Shown: positions 10,648 through 21,275 of the stretch, in pieces
How the letters are laid out: each line of letters begins with the position of its first letter
How positions within the stretch are numbered: position 1 is the stretch's first letter
NCBI GenBank assembly: GCA_965218585.1
Contig: CBDCLE010000010.1
Coordinates: 150,418-214,417, forward strand
Length of the DNA: 64,000 nucleotides
Direction of reading: 5' to 3'
Source: Terriglobia bacterium
GTDB lineage: Bacteria > Acidobacteriota > Terriglobia > 20CM-2-55-15
The notes under the pieces: model-generated
Database searches by the model: none
Seen by the model: only the letters and a program-made list of their open reading frames with translations
Told to the model about the DNA's origin: nothing
Program-made: the position numbers and the translations under genes

Positions 10648-11230
10648 CGCGTATGAAGTCGGGCCACCTCAGTCGGTCACGCCAATTCAACAAGAATTCA
10701 CATTCAGCCAGGGATTGCGCGGTGGAGTTCGACTCAACGTTGCCACCTCAGGTCATTGGGGAGAAGAGTTTGTGTACAGCTTCGAAACCAACGAAGCCAA
10801 ATTCGTCACCGTGAGCCCTCCGGCCGCGGATCTGGAACTGGGTATGCAGATCCACCAGTTCTCGGTCAACACCCTCTACTACATCGATGCTGACGAGGAT
10901 CTGACGGTCCGACCGTTCCTGACCTTTGGAATCGGTGCCACAATGTACCGGCCCACGGACGAAGCCAAGGCGATCGCTCGCGACCCGTTGCGTGGCAACC
11001 TGGGTGGAATCGATACCTCCACGGAATTCGCGTTCAACTATGGCATCGGTCTGAAGGCCAGGATCAGCGACAGAATCGGCTTCCGCGTCGACGGAAGGGG
11101 CTATTTGTCCAGAACGCCGTCGTTCGGATTTGCCCGCTCATCTTCGGACCCGAACGCCACGGTTTTTCCTGCCGGCGGAGCGTTCCACAACGGTGCTGCC
11201 ACTGCAGGACTGATCTTCTACTTGAATTAG
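10648..11230 (+). pseudogene. Outer-membrane beta-barrel protein, 5' end removed at IS junction
   Basis: VRPFLTFGIG, FAFNYGIGLK, IGFRVDGR, terminal GLIFYLN; no signal peptide or start. Confidence 0.75.
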
Positions 11231-11260
11231 GCAAGGCCGGATTTCGTTGTACCGGACTCG

Positions 11261-12277
11261 TTAGGGTTGGAGACTTCGGTAGATCGCTTCGACAAACCTG
11301 TCTGTCGTCCACGGGCCCTCTGTTGCTCCATGGACGCCGTCGTAGTCGAGGGTTGGGCGTGCGGCCTGCACTTCGGCCAACGTCAACCCTTCGTCAATCA
11401 TGACCGAGACTCGATCGCGGATAATCGTGAGCATGTCCCGGTATTCCACTACCTCAGATTCGTTCGAGATCCGACCGTGGCCGGGTACCACCAGCGTTCC
11501 CCCTTGCTGGTTGAAACGGGGAATCGTGATGTCGATGATACGGTTGGCCGCATCTATCAACCCTTGAATCGAGCCACCCCGTTCCAGGTCTATCACGGGA
11601 TAGCCCTCGGTGACGAATACGTCGCCTGCCACGACAATGTCAGACCTGCGGAAGAACACGATCAGATCACCATCGGTGTATGCAGACGGCTGGTGCAGGA
11701 CTTCGATTCCATCGTCATTGAAGAACATGGTCTTTTTCGGCGTAAAAAAGGTGCTGGTCGGCCATGCGTCGAAAGGCCGGGGCTCGACGCGCCCCGCAGC
11801 CCCGGCCATCCGCAGGTAGGTTTCTTCGCGCGCAATGACCGGCGCGTTCTCGATCTGGAGGCCCGAGTTGCCAGGTCCGTTGACGGATTCGTTGGCACCC
11901 GCCAGAGACAAAAGTTCGTTGCCGCCGGTGTGACTCCGGTCGGAATTCGTGTTGATCACGTAGCGTATGGGGCCGTCAGATAGCGACCGGATGATGTCGA
12001 GGATCTCCTGACTGACGGCCTCGGCTCCGGAATCCACCAACAGCACCCCGGCCTCGCCCAACTGGACTACGATGTTGCCGCCGGCTCCAGCGATCAGATG
12101 CACACCATTCCGAAGGGGCAACACTTCGATCGCGTCAACATCGCCGACAGCCCGGTTTTGCTGGGGCTGCACCGACGCTGACGATCTGCGCGCCAGGCCA
12201 GGTACAGCCAGTACCACGGCAAGTAGGATCACGCCGGACGCGCGCAGGAGGATTATCTTCTCCCGACCCGCCATCAC
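11261..12277 (-). CDS. Secreted MBL-fold metallo-hydrolase (cyclase-like)
   Basis: GVLLVDSG, YVINT..DRSHTGGN, TDGD, AGDV, VPGHG; degenerate HxHxDH. Confidence 0.85.
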   Translation of the reverse strand: MMAGREKIILLRASGVILLAVVLAVPGLARRSSASVQPQQNRAVGDVDAIEVLPLRNGVHLIAGAGGNIVVQLGEAGVLLVDSGAEAVSQEILDIIRSLSDGPIRYVINTNSDRSHTGGNELLSLAGANESVNGPGNSGLQIENAPVIAREETYLRMAGAAGRVEPRPFDAWPTSTFFTPKKTMFFNDDGIEVLHQPSAYTDGDLIVFFRRSDIVVAGDVFVTEGYPVIDLERGGSIQGLIDAANRIIDITIPRFNQQGGTLVVPGHGRISNESEVVEYRDMLTIIRDRVSVMIDEGLTLAEVQAARPTLDYDGVHGATEGPWTTDRFVEAIYRSLQP

Positions 12278-13154
12278 GGTTCTACCCCACCAGTTGCCTG
12301 CGCTTCGCGTGTCATCTCCCGAATCTTTTGTACGTATTCCGGATAGAGAGTTTCGGCCCCACCCTGGGTCGCTTCGTAGGGCAAGCCGACTAGCTCGGCG
12401 AAGTCAGTGTGGTGCGTTCCCATCGGATAACTGGGAACATACCCCGGGCCAGGCGCGACCACCTCGTCCACGATCTCCAGGAAAGTCGGCGACCCGACCT
12501 GAAGTTCAGGATTCCAAACAAAAGTCGTCGAGCGTACGAACGGTTCGTCCAGATAGACGGGGTCCTCGATCGCCGTGAACGTCACGAGGAGTTCGCCGTG
12601 CCGCACGAAGTACTCGGTCATCCGGGAGAGCTCGCTGGCCGGCACACCATTGCGTTGGATATATCCGGCTTTCAGGTGAGTCGTGGTGACTTTAAGTGTC
12701 CGGCCTACCCATTCGCCCGTGGAGAAGCCGGTCCACGTGTGCAGCGCGCGGTCAAAAGGGTGCGGGCGTCCGTCCATCCAGATCGTCCGAACTGCACCCC
12801 ACAGCCCGTTGATTGTGTAGGCGAGGACCCGGAACTGACCGGGTCGATGACCTCGTCGAAGCGAAAATTCGCCGGGCCGCGCAACGAGTACTGTGCCGGA
12901 TGCGGCCGCGCTTGCTGTTCGGGCAGCGAGTGGATCGAGGCATCCCAGGTCCGCGCCTTCAATCGGGCCGCTTCGTTGACGGGTATCCCCGTGTAGTCCC
13001 CCAGCTCGGGACCGGGAATACGGTGCGGACGGTCCTCATGGAGAGACGCACTCCATTTGCCCGCCAGATCGTATTGTGCTGCGGCCGGCAGGGAGAACGC
13101 CAGGCCCAGTGTAGCCACCAGAAGTGGGGTTAAGTAGTTCTTCAATCGATTCAT
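12274..13154 (-). CDS. Conserved secreted hypothetical protein (frameshift near 12830)
   Basis: Signal peptide ..AAAQYDLAGKW; ORF pieces 12705-13187 and 12274-12777 join into one protein (WMDGRPHP...GFSTGEW). Confidence 0.75.
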
Positions 13155-13317
13155 AGACGTCACCTTCTCATGGAGGTCATCAATCAAAATGACCGAGACT
13201 CAAGACTCAGAGGTCCTTTCCCGAAACGGACCGGGCCAACCCAGGAAACCATACTACGAGAAACCATGTTATTTGTCGTTACTTTGAGAAGGGCCGGAAG
13301 GGAAACGAAAAGTCCGC

Positions 13318-13479
13318 CTACATAGACTTTGCGATCCTGTAACCCAGGTATATTCCGGCCATTGCTCCCACGAACGAAAACAAGACTCCGGAAAGCATTT
13401 CGCCGCCCCAGAACGACGGAACGTATCCTCCGATCATTGACCCAACGAAGAAACCGCCCCAGATGAATTTCTTGCTCAC
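13318..13479 (-). CDS. Small membrane protein
   Basis: 53 aa, two Gly-rich hydrophobic segments (GSMIGGYVPSFWG; GAMAGIYLGY). Confidence 0.6.
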   Translation of the reverse strand: MSKKFIWGGFFVGSMIGGYVPSFWGGEMLSGVLFSFVGAMAGIYLGYRIAKSM

Positions 13480-13595
13480 AGCAGAAATCAGTAATCGATG
13501 CTCAATTTCCGGCAAGAGGGTCTGCCGGATTGAGAACGACGAGGGCTTTTCTTCGAATAGCCGGTTGTAGAACGACGTGACCCGGACGATGATCG

Positions 13596-14765
13596 TTAGT
13601 CGTTCGGCCTTTCCCAACCCTGTTCGAAGTGTTCTTCCCAGCTTTGCGCCCAGGGCCGGCCGTAGTAGTCAATCCACCCTTCGTCCCCGGGGATGAGCTG
13701 GGTAGGCCGGCCGTCTGCACCGACGACGATCGTGCTCTGGACACGGCACTGTTTGAACGTGTAGCGCGTTTCGGCATCATCAGGGGCACGTTGCAGGATC
13801 CACGGGGTGACGGTGTGGAGTGGCTCGGCGAAGGCCTCCGAGTCGTAAAACGTCGCCTCCGAAATAATTCCGTTTCCATCCGGGCTGGGCCTGAAGACCT
13901 CGATCACTTCGAATTCGTTGCTGTATTCCGGCATCGAGTGGGACAGCCTCCAACCCTGGACGTTAGCGGTCCAGGCGACGAGCGTGTCGGCGTTCCAGAA
14001 TCCGACGGTTTCACCCCACCACTGGGGAACCCCTTTCTGAACGTGGTCGCGGCCGACCAGGACCTTTCGGAGGAGATTGTCGGCCTGACCGACGAGGAGC
14101 TGAACCTGAGTCGGAGTCATCATGACCTCGATCGGACCACCGTGAGAGAACTCCGCCCACCAACGCCACGTGCCTTCGGGATAGCAGAAGGAGGATTGCC
14201 ACCATGGGGCATTGCTGACACCCTCGTGATAGTTTTCCTGAACCATCCGCTTCTGATATTCCGGCGTGAGCAGCGAAGTCATAGTCGAGGTTTGAAGGTT
14301 TCGGCCGTAGACCCATTGTTCGTCGCGCGCTCCCCGGACGTACCAGCCGTCCCAGTCCGGCAGCGATTCCCGGGTATGGACCGTAGGGCCGCCGGCCGCG
14401 CGGGCTTCGGTCATCAGCGCTCGGTAGTGTTCCTCGGCAGTTCGGTAAGCGTAAGGACTCACGATGTCGGCGATGTCACGGTCCAGGTTGCAATCCCCCC
14501 ATTCTCCGGGCCTGTCTTCCCTGCTCCACATGTCAGTCAACTGACGGGGCGTATTGCAGCGGGCGTATCGAGGGTCGGTCCAATACTCGCTATCCAGATA
14601 AAAATTGGTCGTCGTCCACAAGTCGACGGGGAGTGGTTCGACACCCGGTGGCGGCGTCGCATTGATGGCCGCCTCTCCCTGCGCTGAAGCGGGCACAGGC
14701 GAAATCGCTAGGATCGCCAGAACGACCAATAGAACGGATCCTACCGTTGCGGACGACATACGCAT
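13596..14765 (-). CDS. Secreted hypothetical protein
   Basis: 389 aa, signal peptide, GGAG RBS, Trp-rich; shares WWGETVGFW-type motif with neighbour family. Confidence 0.8.
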   Translation of the reverse strand: MRMSSATVGSVLLVVLAILAISPVPASAQGEAAINATPPPGVEPLPVDLWTTTNFYLDSEYWTDPRYARCNTPRQLTDMWSREDRPGEWGDCNLDRDIADIVSPYAYRTAEEHYRALMTEARAAGGPTVHTRESLPDWDGWYVRGARDEQWVYGRNLQTSTMTSLLTPEYQKRMVQENYHEGVSNAPWWQSSFCYPEGTWRWWAEFSHGGPIEVMMTPTQVQLLVGQADNLLRKVLVGRDHVQKGVPQWWGETVGFWNADTLVAWTANVQGWRLSHSMPEYSNEFEVIEVFRPSPDGNGIISEATFYDSEAFAEPLHTVTPWILQRAPDDAETRYTFKQCRVQSTIVVGADGRPTQLIPGDEGWIDYYGRPWAQSWEEHFEQGWERPND

Positions 14766-15137
14766 ATTGAGAGTCTCCTCTTTAGAAATTCGAGGCCGCT
14801 GGACCAGCCTGGTGATTATGATATTTCATTTTAATGACCCCTGCCGTGACATGCCAGAGTCTAGACACCACGAAGCAGGATACCAGAGCCTTAGTTCCCT
14901 ATGACCGCATTCGGGGTCGAAGTCGGTCTCTGGGACCCCAGTCAGCCTCCTCTGGACGTATCCCGAGCTTATCGGACAGGTGGGGCCGTAGTCTCCTGAC
15001 GGATCATGCCTGACGTAGTCCGATGAATGCGATAGAATCGCGCTCGGCAGGACTTCGTCGACACCGGAATAAAAACGCGACTCCGCAGGTCCAAATCTGG
15101 GGCACATCTTATGAGCCATTAACGACCCGATAAACGA

Positions 15138-16670
15138 ATGCATCCTTCAGTGATGACCCGGCGCCAGCTTCTTGCGCGATTTGGCGCGGTAGGTGGTTCC
15201 TCCCTGGTGGTAGGCGCCATGAATACATGGGGCCTGATGGGAGCTCCCTCCGGTCCTCGACCGATGTTGCAGGGGACCCCGCCCGGAACGCGGGTTCTGG
15301 TCCTGGGTGCGGGGTTGTCGGGCCTGACGGTGGCTTACGAGCTGGGCAAGCTGGGCTACGACTGCAGGATCCTCGAAGCCCGCGATCGTGTCGGAGGCCT
15401 CGCCTGGACCGTCCGCCGTGGAGCGGGGCACACCGAAGTCGGTGGGGAGTCCCAGGTCTGTCGGTTCGACGACGGACAGTACTTGAACGCAGGCGCCTGG
15501 CGCATTCCGAATACCGAGGAGGGGGTCCTCGGCTACTGCAAGGAACTCGGCGTTCCACTGGAGCTGTTCGTCAACTCGAGCGACGCAAACTACTTTTACG
15601 AGGAAGACCCTGAAATTGGGCCACTGTCGGGGAAACCGGTCCGCCTGCGGGAGGTCAAAGCCGACCTCTGGGGCTCGACGACCGAGTTGCTCGCGAAGGC
15701 GATGGAACAGGGTGATATTGATGTCCCGCTCACCGAAGAAGACAAGGAACTGCTGGTTGAATTCCTGGTCCGGGCAGGATTCCTGGATTCCGAAAGTCAC
15801 GTTTACCAGCCGCCCAACTCCCGCGGCTCTGAGGATCCCTACGATCTGAGCGCGCTGCTCCAGTCCGGATTTGGAAGTCGCGTCCAATCACTCGAGGCCG
15901 GAACCGGAGGACCCGACCCGCTGTTTCAACCCGTGGGCGGCATGATGGAGATCCCTCTGGCCTTCGCGCGAACTCTCGGTGACCGGATCACACTGGAAGC
16001 CGAAGTGAAAACGATTCGCCAGACAGGGGACGGCGTGCGTGTCGTCTACCAAGAGACGAGGACCGGCGTGGAGCGGGAGGAGAGGGCCGACTACTGCGTC
16101 TGCTGCCTGCCGATGGCCGTCATGAAAGGAATTGACGCGAACCTGTCGGACGAAATGACCCAGGCTGTGAACGACAGCAGTCACGCTACCGTCGCCAAGA
16201 TGGGATTGCAGATGAGGCGGCGCTTCTGGGAAGAGGACGAGGGCATCTTCGGTGGACACCTCTGGTCGCAAAGCCTTCAGCTCGGAGAGTTTTCCTACCC
16301 TTCAAACGGCTTCTTCACCCAAAAGGGCGTTCTCCTGGGCTTTTATGGCAGCAGCCAGATGGCGGATCTGGCGGACATGCCTCTCGAAGCCCGAATTGAT
16401 CACGTGCTCACCCAGGCGAGCAAAGCGCATCCTCAGATGCGGGAAGAATTCGAGAGCGCATACTGTGTGTGGTGGGAAAAAGTTCCGTACAGCCTGGGCG
16501 CCTGGCACAGTACCCCGCGCGGGGAGCGTCTGGAACAACTCAGCAAGGCCGATGGGCGGATTTACATGGGAGGTGCGGGTGCCGGCGCGCGTCCGGCCTG
16601 GCTCGAAGGCGCCGTCCAAACTGCCTGGAGGACGGTCGAAACGCTGCACGAGCGAGTGATGCAGGGCTAG
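15138..16670 (+). CDS. Flavin monoamine oxidase / L-amino acid oxidase family, Tat-like signal
   Basis: TRRQLL, VLGAGLSGL, LEARDRVGG, NAGAWRIP, WLEGA. Confidence 0.9.
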   Translation: MHPSVMTRRQLLARFGAVGGSSLVVGAMNTWGLMGAPSGPRPMLQGTPPGTRVLVLGAGLSGLTVAYELGKLGYDCRILEARDRVGGLAWTVRRGAGHTEVGGESQVCRFDDGQYLNAGAWRIPNTEEGVLGYCKELGVPLELFVNSSDANYFYEEDPEIGPLSGKPVRLREVKADLWGSTTELLAKAMEQGDIDVPLTEEDKELLVEFLVRAGFLDSESHVYQPPNSRGSEDPYDLSALLQSGFGSRVQSLEAGTGGPDPLFQPVGGMMEIPLAFARTLGDRITLEAEVKTIRQTGDGVRVVYQETRTGVEREERADYCVCCLPMAVMKGIDANLSDEMTQAVNDSSHATVAKMGLQMRRRFWEEDEGIFGGHLWSQSLQLGEFSYPSNGFFTQKGVLLGFYGSSQMADLADMPLEARIDHVLTQASKAHPQMREEFESAYCVWWEKVPYSLGAWHSTPRGERLEQLSKADGRIYMGGAGAGARPAWLEGAVQTAWRTVETLHERVMQG

Positions 16671-16808
16671 TCGGCGCCGGGGGTCCCTTCAGTTTCGTAG
16701 AGCGTGCCGAGATTCAGACTGCTAACGGCCTTGGGTTCACGCTCGAAACGTTCCCGTCGTTCCCAACTTAAATCGAGAAGGCGAGTTGTTCGAACATCCG
16801 CTTTTCGT

Positions 16809-17189
16809 CTAATCAGTACGGACGGTCAGGGTTTCGTCGACGCTGATGCGCTGGGTCGCATTCGGATCAGGGCCGGAGTAGTTAGCGATAATCCTGAAGC
16901 CTGTGTTGCTGGTCTCGGCGGAGTACGTATAGTTGGGACGACGGTCGCGGGTGATTTGCGTGTCACCGTTGGCAAGTAATTCGTCCAGCGAGGCGTACTT
17001 CCCATTTGTCGCAAAGTACGCACGCTCGGCATTGGCGATCGCGATCAGGTCCATCCGCACGCTGGTCACGTCTATGGCGCTCGTCGGTCGATCGCCCCCC
17101 GACGTTATGTCGCGTGTCTGCTGTGAGTAGAGATAACCGCCTACCGCCACCGCAAGAATCAATGAAATGAACCCAATTCCGCGTCCCAT
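16809..17189 (-). CDS. Pilin/pseudopilin-like protein
   Basis: N-terminal TM then L..IA.AERAYFA.NGKYASLDEL pilin-like helix. Confidence 0.6.
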   Translation of the reverse strand: MGRGIGFISLILAVAVGGYLYSQQTRDITSGGDRPTSAIDVTSVRMDLIAIANAERAYFATNGKYASLDELLANGDTQITRDRRPNYTYSAETSNTGFRIIANYSGPDPNATQRISVDETLTVRTD

Positions 17190-17421
17190 GCCCCTGAGTA
17201 TAACGCGGGGCCAAGGCCGTCCACTGCTTTTTGCCAGGCGGCGGACAGGGCTGCGTTGGCCGATTGCAAGATGTCAGGAATTCTGATTGCGCACCGATAT
17301 TGGTCACAGACGAAGCGACACGGAGCTCAAACGGGATTGTCCCCAAAAGCGGTGAACTTCATTTCTCAACACCGCAAGACGATTTAGAAGGAGTGGTTTT
17401 CAGCGGTAGGCGATTCGCCTG

Positions 17422-17960
17422 TTAGCGCGCCCTCACTCTGAGATCGCTAAAATAGGCGTCCGTCCCGGGTCCTATCCAGAGTCCGATCGCTCCTCTAGCG
17501 GTTCCCAACTTCAAGTCGTTGACGATCAGGCTAGGTTGGTCGGATCCATGCACGTAAAGGCGAGCCTGCTCTCCTGATACCTCGATCTTCACTTGCATCC
17601 ATTCATCCGGCACCAGATCGACATAGGATTCGTACACTCCAGGCGTTTCTTCCCGCAGGCGACTCCAGGGATATTCAGGGTAGGAAAAGTACTGCGCAGA
17701 ATGGTTCCTGCGGAGTTGGTCGTTGGCCCGTCCGTTCGTGGGGCGCAGATAGAAAGCCTCGAAAGTCGACACATCCGCCGCAATTCGGAAGGCCAACCCC
17801 ACGAAACCTCGAGCAGCTTCTCCCGCATCCCTCCTGGGCGCGCCCGAGAAATCAAGCTCTATAACGCCATCCTGAAACCCCAGCCCGTCGACTATGATGA
17901 GCCTGTCCTCGTCGATTCCTTCGACTCCGGAATCGGAAACATGAACAGCAGTTCTGTCGT
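17422..17960 (-). pseudogene. DUF1080/LamG-like beta-sandwich protein, 5'-truncated
   Basis: FQDGVIELDF...GFVGLAFR...FYLRPTNGR...GAIGLWIGPGTDAYFSDL; no start upstream. Confidence 0.65.
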
Positions 17961-17971
17961 TCGGTGATGGA

Positions 17972-18751
17972 GTGCGGTACGCCGTGTGGGAACCGGACGA
18001 AGACGTGAGGGTCGGCGACCACCTTTGGGTCTCAGGTGGAATTTACAATCTATTTATCGTCGATGACCGTGAACAACCGGGGACACAAGCCTTCATTTAC
18101 TTTTCCCCTCCGGAAGATGGTTATCTGGAGGAAGTCGCTGACGAGGTCTACGCGCTCGGCGACGGTGTACCCAATACGCTTCAGGAGGGCGATGAGGTTG
18201 AGATCACGTGGCAGGATGCGGAGGGCAATCCGGGTCGGCTCGATGTCACTCTCGACGTTTTCAGGCAGAACGTTTCCGTCGCTACGTTCTCGTTCATCAC
18301 GGACAATCTCTGCGTTTCCGGATGCCCGAGCGCCGAAGAAACCACAACTGCCCCTGACGATGCGTCGGGCTTACCCATCGATGGCCAGTGGGACGGATTT
18401 TGGGTCTCCTCTTCTCCAGAAAGTGCAGGATACCTGTACGAGGTTACGATGACGTTGGTGTCCGGTGCCAACAACTCGGTCGATGAGCAAATCGCCCGGA
18501 TTCTTCGAGGCAGTCCTCGTGCTTCAGAACAGGCGAAGATCGGTCTTTCGGCTGTTGAGTTCGTCCGAGGATCGTACGATCCTGTAAGCCGCGTCATTCG
18601 GCTCGAGGGGTATGAGAAGACTGATCCCAACACCGTGATCAGCCTCGACCGCTATCATCTACTCTTGGCAGATAATGGCACAGTAATTGGGGGAATCACC
18701 GAGGGTCAAGGCACTTGGCAGGGCTCGCTGTCAACCCTCAAGGTACCGTAA
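17972..18751 (+). CDS. Hypothetical extracytoplasmic-type protein (probably 5'-truncated)
   Basis: 259 aa open frame, acidic, two apparent domains; no RBS or signal peptide. Confidence 0.55.
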   Translation: MRYAVWEPDEDVRVGDHLWVSGGIYNLFIVDDREQPGTQAFIYFSPPEDGYLEEVADEVYALGDGVPNTLQEGDEVEITWQDAEGNPGRLDVTLDVFRQNVSVATFSFITDNLCVSGCPSAEETTTAPDDASGLPIDGQWDGFWVSSSPESAGYLYEVTMTLVSGANNSVDEQIARILRGSPRASEQAKIGLSAVEFVRGSYDPVSRVIRLEGYEKTDPNTVISLDRYHLLLADNGTVIGGITEGQGTWQGSLSTLKVP

Positions 18752-18841
18752 GACTCCGTGTCACCTTGTCAGTTCCACCTAAGCTGATGTCGATCTATTG
18801 GCTAAGGGTCTTCCCCCTACACCACGCACCAGGAGCCATAG

Positions 18842-19429
18842 ATGTTCGATGATTTATTTTTCATCATTCTTCCAGATGCCGAAAAGAACCTGCCAAAGAT
18901 AGAGAAAAGATTGACGAAGGAGGCAGGGGACCGAGTTTGGAATCTGAATTCATCGGTCCGCGGGGACTCACAAGACGCAAGGATGGGTAACTGGAAAGCT
19001 GGCTTGTATGGAGCGTTCGGGGGTGAGATCGAGAGCGTGCAGACCCTCGATTACGAATGTGAAACTGCTTCGGGTCCCGTGTCGGTTGCCGTCCACGTCG
19101 GCAATTCGCGTGAAATAACGAATATCGAATATTTCGCCCGATGGAAGCCTACGGCAGCTTTTCCTCCAACCCGCTGGGAGCGGAGATCCTTCGTGAGCGA
19201 TGACAGCTGGCCTGTGATTGATCAGTTGAACTCTGATGGTGTAATTCGAAAGTCGGTCAAACGTCTCCTTTCCAGTAAATACGTCATGACCAACCTTGAA
19301 GACGCCGTTCTTTATTCGAGCACTACGCTTCGAACCGAAAACATACCGCTATTCGGGATCGTTCTCTCGCTCCGTTTTGGCATCGGGGAGTTCCTTGAAA
19401 TACAGTCTTGGTTGAAACAGCACGTCTGA
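18842..19429 (+). CDS. Hypothetical protein
   Basis: AGGAG RBS, 195 aa ORF, lower GC. Confidence 0.6.
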   Translation: MFDDLFFIILPDAEKNLPKIEKRLTKEAGDRVWNLNSSVRGDSQDARMGNWKAGLYGAFGGEIESVQTLDYECETASGPVSVAVHVGNSREITNIEYFARWKPTAAFPPTRWERRSFVSDDSWPVIDQLNSDGVIRKSVKRLLSSKYVMTNLEDAVLYSSTTLRTENIPLFGIVLSLRFGIGEFLEIQSWLKQHV

Positions 19430-19517
19430 CCACGCGACGACTTTGGGGGGATCCGGACTTCACGAGTCCGTCTTCGTGCAGTTCGGGGCCAAACTATCTC
19501 GCTGCCAACCAGGTGGC

Positions 19518-20849
19518 TTAATCCAGCCTCACCCTAAAGAAGTTCCAATACCTCCTACTGTCCGATGCAGGATCGAGGAGTTGGTTTTCTCCGGCTTCAC
19601 CTTCGACAAGAGAAAACTCCTCGGCGTCCAGTCCGAGCGGCTGGAAGCGAAGCGTCATTACGTCGCCAACCGTGTATGTCATTCTAGTCGGACAATCGAC
19701 TATGGCGTCTCCTCCCACGAACGGGTATCGCCGTCCGCCGCTCAGAAGGTACGGACTATTCGGACCCGAGTGTGCCCAACACACATTCCCGGTGGATCCC
19801 ACGACCGTTATATTGACCTCGGTGTATTGACGAGTCTGTCTAACTTCCGTGATGGCCACAGGCGCCTGGTTTTCGGCCTCGTGGTACAGCGGCTGGCTCC
19901 CTTCCGGCAAAACAGTTTCCTCTGCACCTGCGACCACCAACATTCTAGAGACATCGCTGTGACCTCCGATTTCAGCTATGTTCAACGCGGTCCTTCCATT
20001 GCTGTCCTTTAGGTTCACGTCGGCCCCGGCAGCGATCAGGGTCTGTACAGTTTCGGTGTGACCTTCATCTGCCGCAACCATTAACGCTGTCACTCCATTG
20101 ATTTCTGCGGCGTTTACGTCGGCCCCGGCAACGATCAGCGTTTCGGCAGTCTCAGTGTGGCCGTCGCTTGCCGCAAGCATTAACGCTGTCCATCCAACGC
20201 CGTCCGTCTCGTTCACGTCGGCCCCGCCGGCGGCGATCAGGGTTTGTACAGCCTCCGTGTGGCCGCCCACTGCTGCAAAAAAGAGCGCTGACGAGTCGTT
20301 GTCGTTTCTCGCGTTCACGTCGGCCCCGGCAGCGATCAGAATTCGGAGATCGTCCGTATATCCATTAAAGGCGGCTCTCATCAACCTATCCAACTCGGCG
20401 TCCTCTGCACCAGCGACCACCAACATTCTAGAGATATCGCTGTGACCTCCGCCTTCAGCTAGGCTTAACGCAGTCCTTCCATCGTTGGCCTTTGCATTCA
20501 CGTCGGCCCCGGCAGCGATCAGGGTTTGCACAACCTCCGAACTAAGGCCCCCGAGGGCCGCAAACCCTATCACTGTCATTCCATCTTCGCCTTCCGTCGC
20601 GTTCACATTGGCCCCGGCAGCGATCAGGATTTGTACAACCTCCGTATGGCCTGCGATGGCCGCATACATTAACAGTGTCGTTCTATCGCTATCCGTCGCG
20701 TTCACGTCGGTCCCGGCAGCGATCAGAATTCGGAGATCGTTCGTGTCGCCAGTAGAGGCGGCTATCCCCAAACTATCCAACTGGGCGTGCGTGAGCACTG
20801 GAACGATGAACAAAAACGGGAGCACAAGCCAAATCTTTTTCATATTCAT
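19518..20849 (-). CDS. Secreted ankyrin-repeat protein with C-terminal beta domain
   Basis: Signal peptide MKKIWLVLP..THA; about 9 repeats of T.LM.AA..GHTE.V..LIAAGADVNA. Confidence 0.92.
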   Translation of the reverse strand: MNMKKIWLVLPFLFIVPVLTHAQLDSLGIAASTGDTNDLRILIAAGTDVNATDSDRTTLLMYAAIAGHTEVVQILIAAGANVNATEGEDGMTVIGFAALGGLSSEVVQTLIAAGADVNAKANDGRTALSLAEGGGHSDISRMLVVAGAEDAELDRLMRAAFNGYTDDLRILIAAGADVNARNDNDSSALFFAAVGGHTEAVQTLIAAGGADVNETDGVGWTALMLAASDGHTETAETLIVAGADVNAAEINGVTALMVAADEGHTETVQTLIAAGADVNLKDSNGRTALNIAEIGGHSDVSRMLVVAGAEETVLPEGSQPLYHEAENQAPVAITEVRQTRQYTEVNITVVGSTGNVCWAHSGPNSPYLLSGGRRYPFVGGDAIVDCPTRMTYTVGDVMTLRFQPLGLDAEEFSLVEGEAGENQLLDPASDSRRYWNFFRVRLD

Positions 20850-21275
20850 TTCCAGTCTCCAGCCGAAGCGCTTTCTGGCCATCTCACGGCTTGAGGGACA
20901 CCCTTCTTCGACGCCCTCCACACCAGGGAAAGACCTCCTGTACCAATGGCGGACAGAGTCTCGGAGTGGCCAAATTCGGTGGCGGATTCCATCGCTATAG
21001 CGTGTGTCAAAACGAACCGTTAAAATCTGGGTGAATCTAACTACAGATGTGATTTATACGCAAGAAAAGTCTCAAATCCTGACAAACGACATAGGGGAAG
21101 TTGAGACACCAATGTCTGGGATGACAGCGTCAACTTCGACTCTTGTTATGAACTTTTCATCAGTTGAACGTATAACAGGTTTCTCGGAAGAGTTGCCTTC
21201 GCCGGGGATGATTTTGGACCTTCCCGGAGCGGAGCAGACGCCAAGCGCTTACATGGTCTGAGGGACTCGCCGCTA

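Noticed and set aside
21004-21261. Small ORF in AT-richer intergenic region
   Set aside because: No recognisable motif; cannot be distinguished from promoter DNA
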